A stretch of DNA of 64,000 nt from Clostridia bacterium. Lineage in GTDB: Bacteria > Bacillota > Clostridia > UMGS1883. The notes under the pieces were generated by a model that ran no database searches, had not been told where the DNA came from, and saw only the letters and a list, made by a program, of their open reading frames with translations. How positions within the stretch are numbered: position 1 is the stretch's first letter; every line of letters begins with the position of its first letter. Both the position numbers and the translations under genes were made by a program. Positions 30,298 through 38,851 of this stretch are shown here, one piece after another. The stretch covers positions 16,820-80,819 of the forward strand of contig JBJDXJ010000063.1 of assembly GCA_051866635.1 (NCBI GenBank), read 5' to 3'.

Positions 30298-30735
30298 TTA
30301 TTTACACAAATCGGCAACCACCTGATTTATAACACTGCCGTCAGCCTTGCCCTTAAGGGTACCCATAACATTTTTCATAATCATACCCTTGTTCTTTGTG
30401 GCAACAACCTCACTAAAATCCTTAAGAAGGATTTCTTTTACCTCCTCTGCACTAAGAAGCTTAGGTGCATACTTGGCTATAACATCATATGTTGCCTGAT
30501 ACTGTTCTTTTAAGTCGCTTCTTGATTCGGGGCATGTGTCAATCTGTTCCTTTATTGTTTTAAGTTCCTTCAAAATAACCTTATCGCAAAGTTCAGGTGT
30601 AATATTGTCCCTTACGCCTTCATCTATCGCAACCTTTTTAATTGCGGCAATAAGGCTTGAAATTGCGTCTTTCGTTGTCTTATCGTGGGCTTTCATTGCC
30701 AAAATCATATCCTGCTGAAGTGCTTTAAATTCCAT
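30298..30735 (-). CDS. GatB/YqeY domain protein
   Basis: 'AMKAHDK', 'YAPKLLSAEEV', 'KGKADG'. Confidence 0.85.
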   Translation of the reverse strand: MEFKALQQDMILAMKAHDKTTKDAISSLIAAIKKVAIDEGVRDNITPELCDKVILKELKTIKEQIDTCPESRSDLKEQYQATYDVIAKYAPKLLSAEEVKEILLKDFSEVVATKNKGMIMKNVMGTLKGKADGSVINQVVADLCK

Positions 30736-30842
30736 TTTTATACTCCCTTTCAAAATATTATTATTGGTATTATATCACTTTCCCATTCTACAGTCAACGA
30801 ATTTTGCATATGTATAAATCGTAAAAAAAATCCCCTAAAGTA

Positions 30843-30871
30843 TTGACATATACATACAGATGGGTTATAAT
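30843..30871 (+). promoter_or_regulatory. SigA promoter of mntP leader
   Basis: TTGACA-17-TATAAT. Confidence 0.85.
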
Positions 30872-30877
30872 TTCCCT

Positions 30878-30965
30878 CTGTGAGGGAGTAGCAAGCGTAC
30901 TTTTACGTAGCAAGTCAACATACTGGGCTGACGCTCTGGCTTGTTTTAAATTGCGAGACTCATGT
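30878..30965 (+). ncRNA. yybP-ykoY Mn2+ riboswitch
   Basis: GAGGGAGTAGC...GTCAACATAC...GCGAGACTC conserved segments upstream of mntP; competing hairpin gactcatg...catggagtc with T-run overlaps the 3' P1 strand. Confidence 0.85.
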
Positions 30966-31009
30966 GTAACTGTGAAGCTATGCATGGAGTCTGTCCTTTT
31001 GTAAGTCAC

Positions 31010-31042
31010 CAAGCATGGTTTTCACCGTGCTTGTTTTTTTTC
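31010..31042 (+). terminator. Leader terminator-like hairpin before mntP
   Basis: caagcatggt / accgtgcttg followed by a T-run. Confidence 0.65.
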
Positions 31043-31066
31043 ATTTAGATACTGGAGGAAATAGAG

Positions 31067-31648
31067 ATGAATTTTGGATTTGCATTAATTATCAACAGCG
31101 TACTTTTAGGCATAGGACTTGCAATGGATGCCTTTTCGGTATCTCTCGCAAACGGACTTAACGAACCTATGATGCGTAAGCGTAAAATGTGTGCCATTGC
31201 GGGCACCTTCGGTTTTTTTCAGGCGTTGATGCCTATGATAGGTTGGTTCTGTATCCATACCATAGTCCAATATTTTCAGACCTTTGAAAAGTTTATTCCA
31301 TGGATTGCACTTATACTTTTAGGTTATATAGGCACAAGTATGCTTTATGAGGGCATAAAGGGCGATGAAGCGTGCGAAAAGCCAAGAGTAGGCATCTTAG
31401 CCCTTCTTGTACAGGGCATCGCAACAAGCATTGACGCTCTTTCCGTAGGCTTTACAATTGCCGATTATGATTTGTTTTCTGCACTTTTTGCATCACTTAT
31501 TATTGCCCTTGTCACCTTCATAATATGTATGGTAGGTCTCTTAATAGGAAGAAAAATGGGTACCTGTCTTGCAAATAAGGCAAGCATTTTAGGCGGTGTA
31601 ATTCTAATCTTTATAGGTATTGAAATATTCATATCGAATATATTCTGA
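31067..31648 (+). CDS. mntP: Manganese efflux pump MntP
   Basis: 'GLAMDAFSVS', 'FQALMP', 'ATSIDALSVG'; riboswitch context. Confidence 0.93.
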   Translation: MNFGFALIINSVLLGIGLAMDAFSVSLANGLNEPMMRKRKMCAIAGTFGFFQALMPMIGWFCIHTIVQYFQTFEKFIPWIALILLGYIGTSMLYEGIKGDEACEKPRVGILALLVQGIATSIDALSVGFTIADYDLFSALFASLIIALVTFIICMVGLLIGRKMGTCLANKASILGGVILIFIGIEIFISNIF

Positions 31649-31659
31649 TAACGAGAAAA

Positions 31660-31828
31660 ATGGGCTGTAAAAAAGTCAACACTGAGATAACAAAAAGACC
31701 ATTTCGGGACTGTCCCAACAAAACCTCGCAAGGTTTCTTTGGCAAATTGTCTCCCAATTTGCCATAAGGGGGACTGTCCCAAATGGTCTTAATTTATTTC
31801 TTTAGAGACTTTTTTTACAGCCTCTTTT
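31660..31828. repeat. Structured MITE/REP-like element, copy 3
   Basis: gggctgtaaaaaagtc ... gactttttttacagcc ends; core 31687-31792. Confidence 0.9.
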
Positions 31829-31867
31829 TGTGTAAAGTATTTACGAGACAGATGATATATTAGAAAT

Positions 31868-31905
31868 TAAAAAGGTTACGGTTTTGATTTTCCGTAACCT
31901 TTTTA
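31868..31905 (-). terminator. Terminator of the zinc-ribbon/TIR cluster
   Basis: aaaaaggttacgg / ccgtaaccttttt. Confidence 0.8.
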
Positions 31906-31907
31906 AA

Positions 31908-32081
31908 TTACTGTGCAGGTTTTACTGCATTTGCTCCACATGAAGGGCAAAGATTATCTGCTCTATACACCTTATCAGGATATTTCTTTGCTCTTAAACA
32001 ATGAATGCACCATGTAGAACCACACTTACTACAGCGGAACATATTTGCTCCCGAAGTTTTACATAAAGGACAATATGCCAT
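31908..32081 (-). CDS. 57-aa protein with four CxxC motifs (two-zinc finger)
   Basis: CPLC, CSKC, CIHC, CPSC; GAGGTGA RBS; followed by a terminator. Confidence 0.75.
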   Translation of the reverse strand: MAYCPLCKTSGANMFRCSKCGSTWCIHCLRAKKYPDKVYRADNLCPSCGANAVKPAQ

Positions 32082-32205
32082 AAAAATCACCTCTTGCATT
32101 TTATTATTATAACGCTGATAACAGTAATTATTTTAACATTGGCATTTTTTCTGCAACAATATCACTAAAATATTTCGCTACAACATCTTTCTGTTATTAT
32201 TTTTA

Positions 32206-33579
32206 TTATCTCGTTTCTACAATTTCTAACGAAAATTCACACAGTGCAGCATTGAGCTGCGTTTCTAATTATTCTGCTTCGGCTTGTGTAAAATCACCAT
32301 TTATCGTGCATGAATCAGTATTTATTTCTTGCGTAATATGCGGAGCAAAAATGACGTTATCATCTATCGTAATCTGAATATAATTATTGGGGATTGATAT
32401 TTGCGAAACTTCGTATGTGGCTTGTTTGAATTTGTCTTGTCCTTGTTTTGTGAAATTCAATTTGATGTAATAACTATCGCTTTCATCTTGTCCTGCACTT
32501 ACCGCACTTATATCATTTCCTGTTAGCAGAATATTATTTTTATAATCCGTAAATTTAAGAGCCTTATCGGAAAAATTCAACATTTCCGCCATCTGTGTAA
32601 TATTGTCCTGCATGGGTAATGTAACTTCAATTTTATCATCACCTTTTATTTCTGTCTTCGCATTGACAAATCCTAAGTTTTTCAGATAATCCATATGTTT
32701 TTCTTTCGCTGTTTGTATATCATTTTGGGGATTGTCGGAATGCAACTTATAAACAATAGTAGTTCATGGTTTAGTTTTCGTATTTTGTAACAATTCCTTT
32801 TTGACATCTTCCAAACTATTATAAGTTCCAACCTCTTTTAAATCACTATCAACGACAGCCCAAACCGTTTTTGATACATAAGGCGGTCCATATATTGCCG
32901 CTATTCTTGATAATGTATTTTGGTCTAAACTTGACCTTACAATATCATAGTGACTCTCTGCCCATAACGAACTCCAATTATAAACCATTTCAGAAGATTG
33001 CGTTGTATAATATATAGGTACTGCATTGTTTTCTTCAAAAAGAACAGTAACATCATTATTGGATTCTATGTTGGGAAAAATTTTCATAGTTGAATTGCTT
33101 ATAATATTTTTGGCTTTTTCAGTTGATATAATTCCGTTTGTTCCTGTTATTTCACGCAAATATTCTTCTGCATATTCTTTGTTTTCAAGGGCATTTACAC
33201 CATATTGTTCTATGTATTTTTTAAATATAGCAATACTTTTAATGTTTGTATCTTTGTCACTATTCCATATTTCCTGCTGGACAACATTAAGGGGTGTATA
33301 TCCAAATATCGGAACGACAAGTTTTTTTGTTTCTGAATTTACAATAACAAAACCATAACAATCATCGATGTTTACTAAAACTAATTTATTGTTATCGCTT
33401 CTATCTAAGCCTTGTGTATCATTTTTCAAATCAAGAATTGTCTCAATTTTACTTGATTCAAACTCATAACCATTCTCGTTGAGTATTTCTCTCAATCTTC
33501 TGTCAGACAGGTTATTTCCGCAAGCAGATAAACAAATAACTGTTAAAATTGCCGTCAGATACATTACAATTTTTTTCAT
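32206..33579 (-). pseudogene. Lipoprotein fused to SecD/SecDF P1-like domain, interrupted by two in-frame stops
   Basis: Lipobox 'LSACG'; ORFs 32764-33579 and 32269-32745 share one frame across TGA 32764; reading continues across TAA 32269 as LETQLNAALCEFSLEIVETR; 'LLTGNDI...LNFTKQGQDKF...ITIDDNVIFAPHI...INGDFTQAEAE' is SecD P1-head-like. Confidence 0.75.
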
Positions 33580-33655
33580 TTCATTTTCCCTCCAATTTTC
33601 ATACTTTGAAAAATATATCTGTGTGTATAACCGATTATTATCTTTATAAATCAAA

Positions 33656-35440
33656 TTACTTCTTAGGCTTATACCTGTTAATTAAATCGGAAATATAACT
33701 TAGTGACTGCATATTCAAGGATAAATCTATAGATTTACAAACTTTTTTTACGTCCAATTCAGTTAATGCCATATTCGTAAGGTTCAATGTTGTATCTTTC
33801 GTAATAGCATTTAGAATTAGTTTGGTATTTTTATCCAATTCTCTATTTCCGCTTTCCTCTTCAGCCAATATCATTTTTGCTTTTTGCTTTGCTATAATTG
33901 TATTATACTCTGAATACAATAATATTACAGGCATAAGAAATTCTGCAACTATGGCAAGAAAAAATAATAACAAAACAAACTGCGGTGTCCCATTACGCCT
34001 ATTTGCTATAATATTCCAAGAAACAAACAAAACGGGAATACATATAGCTTCGGTAATTACAAATTTTTTTAGCATAGCTTTTTTTGCCATATCTTTCAAG
34101 GCAAAATAATCGTTTTCAAGTTTTGTAAATTTTTGATGTAATGCTAATTCGGACTGTTCTTTTTTAGCCTTTTCCTCTTGCTCTTTTGCCAATTTTTCTT
34201 CGGCAATTTTTTTATATTTAGCCTGTGCCGTTTCGCAATAGTTAATCAAAACCGGCTTAAAATTATCATCAGCAAATCGTAACGCATTTTGATAACTCAT
34301 TGATTTACTATAATCAACTGCTCTGTTTGCAAGGTTTTCCTCTTTGTTAACTTTAATTTCAATCATTAGTTTTCCAAGATATGCACGAGCATTTTCCGGC
34401 TCGTGGTTTAACACTTGCTCTAAAAGCTCATCGGCTTTTTGCCATTCCGCAGCTTCAATAAGTATAAATGCTCTTTTCAATAGAGGCTCGGATTGAAAAA
34501 CTTCCGTTTTATTGACAACATTAACATTTGGTTGTGCCGTTTCCTTTTGCAGTACCTTTTTTATTCCTCTTATCAAATCCTGAACAAATCCGATTTTGCT
34601 CATATCCTGACTTTGAAACATTGAAATCTCGTCCGGTAAATCATATGCGTCCATATCACGATAGCAAGGAATAATCATTTTTGACTTGTCACGTTTTGCC
34701 AAATCCAAAAATCTTGCCCATTCATTTTTAACCCAAATTGCATTAAAATATTCTTTGCTTGTACCGACAACGAGCATTACCTTTGCGGAATTTAGGGCAG
34801 AAAATATGTACGGCTCATATTCCGTTCCGAGTTTGTCCTCCAAGGTTATTCTGCTGAAAAATACCTTGTAACCCTCGTTAGTAAGCTGATAGTAAATATC
34901 TTGTGCAAGAGTTGAGTCGATTGTTCGTTTACCGCTGTTATCCGTTTCTTTATAGCATATGAAAATGTCATAGGGAGCTTCTTTAGAGGCTATCGACAAT
35001 ATATTTTTTTGTATTGCGGAAATTGCTTCGGCTTCCTGCTTATATAAGCTTTGAGCCTGATAATCGTCCGAATATTCAACAGCGGCTTTATAGTCCAGAT
35101 CAGACAATATAGATTCATTCTGCACTCTGTGGCAGGTAGGCACTCGTTTATGCGTTTTCGGGTCCTCAACATATTCGATACCATACCTTGAAAGAACACA
35201 TCCCCAGTATGCTTCTGCATTCCTATTATCCTCTGTTAAAATGCTTTCATAAGCCGAAAGAGCCTTATCAAACTCGTTTTGCAGTCTGAAATGGTTTGCT
35301 CTGTCAAACAAATTCAGTATTCGTTCATCATTAACATTCGGCAGCGTCATTGTACTTCCGCAACTGTCGCATACACCGACTTTCTGATTTTCGGTAATCT
35401 CAATATTACCTCCGCACATTTTACATTTTAATATTGCCAT
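33656..35440 (-). CDS. Zinc ribbon-TPR-TIR-TPR protein with two C-terminal TM helices
   Basis: CKMC/CDSC; TPR-like 'ANHFRLQNEFDKALSAYESIL...AEAYWG'; TIR 'YDIFICYKE...VFFS...WVKNEW...IIPCY'; two hydrophobic segments near the C-terminus. Confidence 0.85.
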   Translation of the reverse strand: MAILKCKMCGGNIEITENQKVGVCDSCGSTMTLPNVNDERILNLFDRANHFRLQNEFDKALSAYESILTEDNRNAEAYWGCVLSRYGIEYVEDPKTHKRVPTCHRVQNESILSDLDYKAAVEYSDDYQAQSLYKQEAEAISAIQKNILSIASKEAPYDIFICYKETDNSGKRTIDSTLAQDIYYQLTNEGYKVFFSRITLEDKLGTEYEPYIFSALNSAKVMLVVGTSKEYFNAIWVKNEWARFLDLAKRDKSKMIIPCYRDMDAYDLPDEISMFQSQDMSKIGFVQDLIRGIKKVLQKETAQPNVNVVNKTEVFQSEPLLKRAFILIEAAEWQKADELLEQVLNHEPENARAYLGKLMIEIKVNKEENLANRAVDYSKSMSYQNALRFADDNFKPVLINYCETAQAKYKKIAEEKLAKEQEEKAKKEQSELALHQKFTKLENDYFALKDMAKKAMLKKFVITEAICIPVLFVSWNIIANRRNGTPQFVLLLFFLAIVAEFLMPVILLYSEYNTIIAKQKAKMILAEEESGNRELDKNTKLILNAITKDTTLNLTNMALTELDVKKVCKSIDLSLNMQSLSYISDLINRYKPKK

Positions 35441-35442
35441 CT

Positions 35443-36486
35443 TTACCACATCCGGTCCTCATACGATGTATTTTCAATTCCTTGTTCTCTTAATTTTTTC
35501 ACCATTTTATCAAGTTTTCCACGCCAGAATTTTTTAAACCAAATGGTATTACCAAACCATTTTACAATTGTTGGGCTTATTGCATAATATGTTCTGATAA
35601 ACGCTCTGCCATACCAAGTTTCAGCTAATATATAGTCACGATAACGGCGAAGCGTCCAAACCTCAGGACAGTCATAAGAGCCATATACACAGGTAGCAAC
35701 ATAACAGCCACCGCTACTGAACGTCAATCCTTGATATGACGGGTTGTATTTCTTTATTTTGTCCACATATGAAAGAATTTCCTTCTTTGATTCTTCACTG
35801 GTAAATTTGTAATTAATGCGTATATCAATTCCTTTTTCCCACGCTTTTGCACACATTGTACCGACTTCGGGGTGTTCAATATATCGTTTTTCAAGTTGAT
35901 CTCCCAACTCAAATAATAATAAATATAAAGCCTTGCAGTTTTCTACAAAATCAGACTCAACACCACGTGTATCTTTAAATCTTTGGTAGTGATTTTGAGC
36001 ATTGATGTATAATAATTGGGCAAAGTCTTCTGTTTTTGTGTATACCTGCACAAATGCGTTTGATTCCTCTTCGGATGTCGTATAATTGTCTATAAGATCA
36101 AAAACACTATTCAAGCAATTGGATAATTTATATGCCGCAGATGATATTTCTCCTATTTTACATTGAGCAACATGAAAGTAAGTTGTATAATATGCTGCTT
36201 CCCAGCTGTTTGGATCCTCAACCAAAATCATATCATAATATTTTTCAGCTTGTGCATCATCATTGTTATCTTTTGCACGTCTTGCTACAGTGTATAAATT
36301 ATTTAATCTTTCTAATTTATCTGCCGAAAAATTTGTATCAAATTTTTTTGCTTTTGATTTAACACTAACATTTCCGTGTGATACGGCATGCTCGTCTTTA
36401 AAAACCTCGCCACATTGCCGGCATATATATACATTGCCGTCTTTATCCAACTCGCCACCACAGGATTTGCATTCTAAATATGACAT
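35443..36486 (-). CDS. Zinc ribbon + TPR-like + CFI-box-CTERM protein
   Basis: CKSC/CRQC; 'GGCYVATCVYGSYDCPEVWTLRRYRD...YYAISP'. Confidence 0.85.
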   Translation of the reverse strand: MSYLECKSCGGELDKDGNVYICRQCGEVFKDEHAVSHGNVSVKSKAKKFDTNFSADKLERLNNLYTVARRAKDNNDDAQAEKYYDMILVEDPNSWEAAYYTTYFHVAQCKIGEISSAAYKLSNCLNSVFDLIDNYTTSEEESNAFVQVYTKTEDFAQLLYINAQNHYQRFKDTRGVESDFVENCKALYLLLFELGDQLEKRYIEHPEVGTMCAKAWEKGIDIRINYKFTSEESKKEILSYVDKIKKYNPSYQGLTFSSGGCYVATCVYGSYDCPEVWTLRRYRDYILAETWYGRAFIRTYYAISPTIVKWFGNTIWFKKFWRGKLDKMVKKLREQGIENTSYEDRMW

Positions 36487-36550
36487 TTCAAAAATACTCT
36501 CCTTCTATGTATGATTTTTACTTAGTTTACTATTCCATAGATTTCCTAAC

Positions 36551-36991
36551 TTAATTTGAATATGTTGTCTTTAATTCAACCTTTTTGGTTTCTTCACAAT
36601 TTGGGCAGTAAAAACCACCAGTAAAGCTACCGGGGGTGGTTACAGTAGTACTTGGTTCTGTATATCCGCAACTATCACATTTCTTTTTATAAACTACTTT
36701 GTTTTCATGATTATCTTCAATAATTATTGCATTAGAAATTGCAACTGTAGTACTGGATTGTTTATTTTCTTGTACTTGATTGTAATTTCCGTAATAATTA
36801 TTTGTAGATGTTGAATTTGTACTTTTTTTATCAGTAGACTCATTCGGTGTTTCTACATAATTATCAACTGATTCGCTATATTGCTGATTTGAATCATCTG
36901 TGTTTTGATATGTTGAATCGCCTTGTGGTGTGCAAGCTGTTACACAAATCATCGTAAAAATCACTAAAATGTAAGATATATGTTTTTGCAT
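36551..36991 (-). CDS. Lipoprotein with S/T/N-rich linker and C-terminal CxxC pair
   Basis: Lipobox 'VTAC'; CDSC...CPNC. Confidence 0.7.
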   Translation of the reverse strand: MQKHISYILVIFTMICVTACTPQGDSTYQNTDDSNQQYSESVDNYVETPNESTDKKSTNSTSTNNYYGNYNQVQENKQSSTTVAISNAIIIEDNHENKVVYKKKCDSCGYTEPSTTVTTPGSFTGGFYCPNCEETKKVELKTTYSN

Positions 36992-36995
36992 TTAA

Positions 36996-37424
36996 TTACC
37001 TCCAATAATTTTCCTTTTCTTTTATAAATTCTTTATGTTTTTGTTCCGCCTTGCTGTCAACTTCATTGATATATTCACTGCCTGCCGTTATAGCGATTAT
37101 TCTTATTATAAATACCGCTAAAACTGCAATATGTATTACAAGCGTCCATAATACATACAAAGAAATCAAGCAAGCAATTACCGAAAAAAACACACTGATT
37201 ATTGAATATATTACAGCTGTATAAACAAACGCATGACCTTGGGGGGTTTTTGTAGTTTCTCTCTTACCGAACACACAGAGGCTCAATGCTATACCTATTA
37301 TTGCAATCAAGGTAAATATATACGAAACAATAAATGTGTCCGTAATTGGAACAACTATAAACAATAGAGATACAACTACCGCCATAATAATGGCTGATAT
37401 AATAATTTTTGTGTTATTATTCAT
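36996..37424 (-). CDS. Four-TM membrane protein
   Basis: Four hydrophobic segments; translationally coupled to the SPFH gene. Confidence 0.75.
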   Translation of the reverse strand: MNNNTKIIISAIIMAVVVSLLFIVVPITDTFIVSYIFTLIAIIGIALSLCVFGKRETTKTPQGHAFVYTAVIYSIISVFFSVIACLISLYVLWTLVIHIAVLAVFIIRIIAITAGSEYINEVDSKAEQKHKEFIKEKENYWR

Positions 37425-38670
37425 TTGTACCACCTTCTATTCTATACCCACATTCTAAGCAGAATTTAGCACCATTAGGTACTTCCTTTCCGCAGTTGGA
37501 ACAAATAAGTTGTAATTTACCGCCACACTCCATACAGAATTTACCTTTTGGTGTTTTGCTTCCGCATTGAGGACATATCATTTCATTGTCTGAAAGCTGT
37601 TCAATCTTCGTTCCGCACTCGAGACAGAATTTTGCATTTTCGGGTAAGGTATTACCGCACTTCGGACATATTGAAGTTGATTTTGATGTATTCATATTTA
37701 CTGCATTTCCTATGCTGTCATTTACAACTCCGCCGACAGCACTGCCAACGCTTGTCATGACTCCAAGCCCTATACCCAAGCCAGCCATATTTCCTCCGCC
37801 TTCATTTTTAGCAAAGCCTTCGGCAACATCAAAACCTCGTTCCTGTTGATATGTATAGCCTTCAATCTGACGTTTTGCAGCCATGCCTTCCGCTTCTAAA
37901 ATCATTTTCTGCTTTTCGGTTTCTTGCTTAATAATATCAACATTTTGTTGCAATTTTGCTTCTGCAATATCTGCGTACTGTCTGAAATGCAAACTCTTAA
38001 ATCGCTTATATGTACTGTCATCTTCGGGTTTTACAATGGTCGTTACAAAGAAATGCACCAACGAAACACCGTATTCCTCAAAATCAGGAATAAGTAATTT
38101 ATGTAAGCTTTCCGAAATTTCATTAAGTTTTTCATCAATTTGAAAAATGTTTATTCCGTTATTCCGGATATATGTTGACAAATACGTTTTGAACCTTATC
38201 ATAAGAAAAGCTCTAAACTTTTGTGTCAAGCCTGCTTGTGTAAGTACATTTTCCGTGCCGACTATTTTTACCAAGAGTTTTTTTGCATCGGAAACTCTCA
38301 AACTCATTTCGCCGCTTGCACCTATTTGAAGCGGAAAATTGTATGTGGGTTCCATATATTCAATTTTACTGTCCGTCCCCCACCGAATGTTCATTTGCTC
38401 GGTTTTATTTATAAAGTATACCTCGCAATGAAATGGTGTTTTATCATTAAAAGGCTTATTAAAAAACTTTCTGATAAGCGGAATATTTTGAGTTTCTAAT
38501 GTATGTCTGCCTGCTTCAAAACTATCAAGAAGTTGTCCGTTCATGTAGAAAACCGCTTCTTGCGATTCGTGAACGATAAGTTGTGTTGTTGTATTAAAGT
38601 CTTCACAAGGGTGTTTCCATACAAAGGTTGAGTTATCACCCTCATACTTAATTACATCTGCTATTTGCAC
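37417..38670 (-). CDS. SPFH/band-7-like protein (YdjI/virion-core-like) with triple double-zinc-ribbon tail
   Basis: 'QLIVHESQEAVF...G..L.TQNIP...TPFHCEVYFIN...RWGT'; coiled coil; Gly-rich 'GLGIGLG'; three C..C...KFC.ECG units. Confidence 0.88.
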   Translation of the reverse strand: MQIADVIKYEGDNSTFVWKHPCEDFNTTTQLIVHESQEAVFYMNGQLLDSFEAGRHTLETQNIPLIRKFFNKPFNDKTPFHCEVYFINKTEQMNIRWGTDSKIEYMEPTYNFPLQIGASGEMSLRVSDAKKLLVKIVGTENVLTQAGLTQKFRAFLMIRFKTYLSTYIRNNGINIFQIDEKLNEISESLHKLLIPDFEEYGVSLVHFFVTTIVKPEDDSTYKRFKSLHFRQYADIAEAKLQQNVDIIKQETEKQKMILEAEGMAAKRQIEGYTYQQERGFDVAEGFAKNEGGGNMAGLGIGLGVMTSVGSAVGGVVNDSIGNAVNMNTSKSTSICPKCGNTLPENAKFCLECGTKIEQLSDNEMICPQCGSKTPKGKFCMECGGKLQLICSNCGKEVPNGAKFCLECGYRIEGGTNE

Positions 38671-38807
38671 GCTATACTCATATCCTTTCCAGATCGTTTA
38701 CTAAAAGTGTACTGTAAGAGAGCTCTTTATATTTGCAGTCTTGATATATTTTGCAATTGCTTTTGCTATTTTATTGAGTTAACATTTGGCTCATACGCAT
38801 CTTCTTT

Positions 38808-38851
38808 AAATAGCTCATTTCACCTAAACAAATAGCTCATTTCACCTAAAC
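38808..38851. repeat. Perfect 22-bp tandem duplication
   Basis: aaatagctcatttcacctaaac x2, spanning the stop codon at 38820. Confidence 0.95.

Noticed and set aside
30794-31012. 72-aa ORF here and ORFs at 63025-63280
   Set aside because: They overlap riboswitch leaders and promoters
31465-31782. 105-aa minus-strand ORF
   Set aside because: Starts inside repeat copy 3 and runs antisense to mntP
32764-32766. TGA recoded as Gly, Trp or Sec
   Set aside because: A second interruption is TAA, and TGA serves as a normal stop elsewhere (e.g. 15915, 31648); nonsense mutation is simpler
33656-35440. Canonical Thoeris system
   Set aside because: No ThsA-like SIR2-SLOG or TM-Macro gene recognised, and the TIR is embedded in a multi-domain membrane protein
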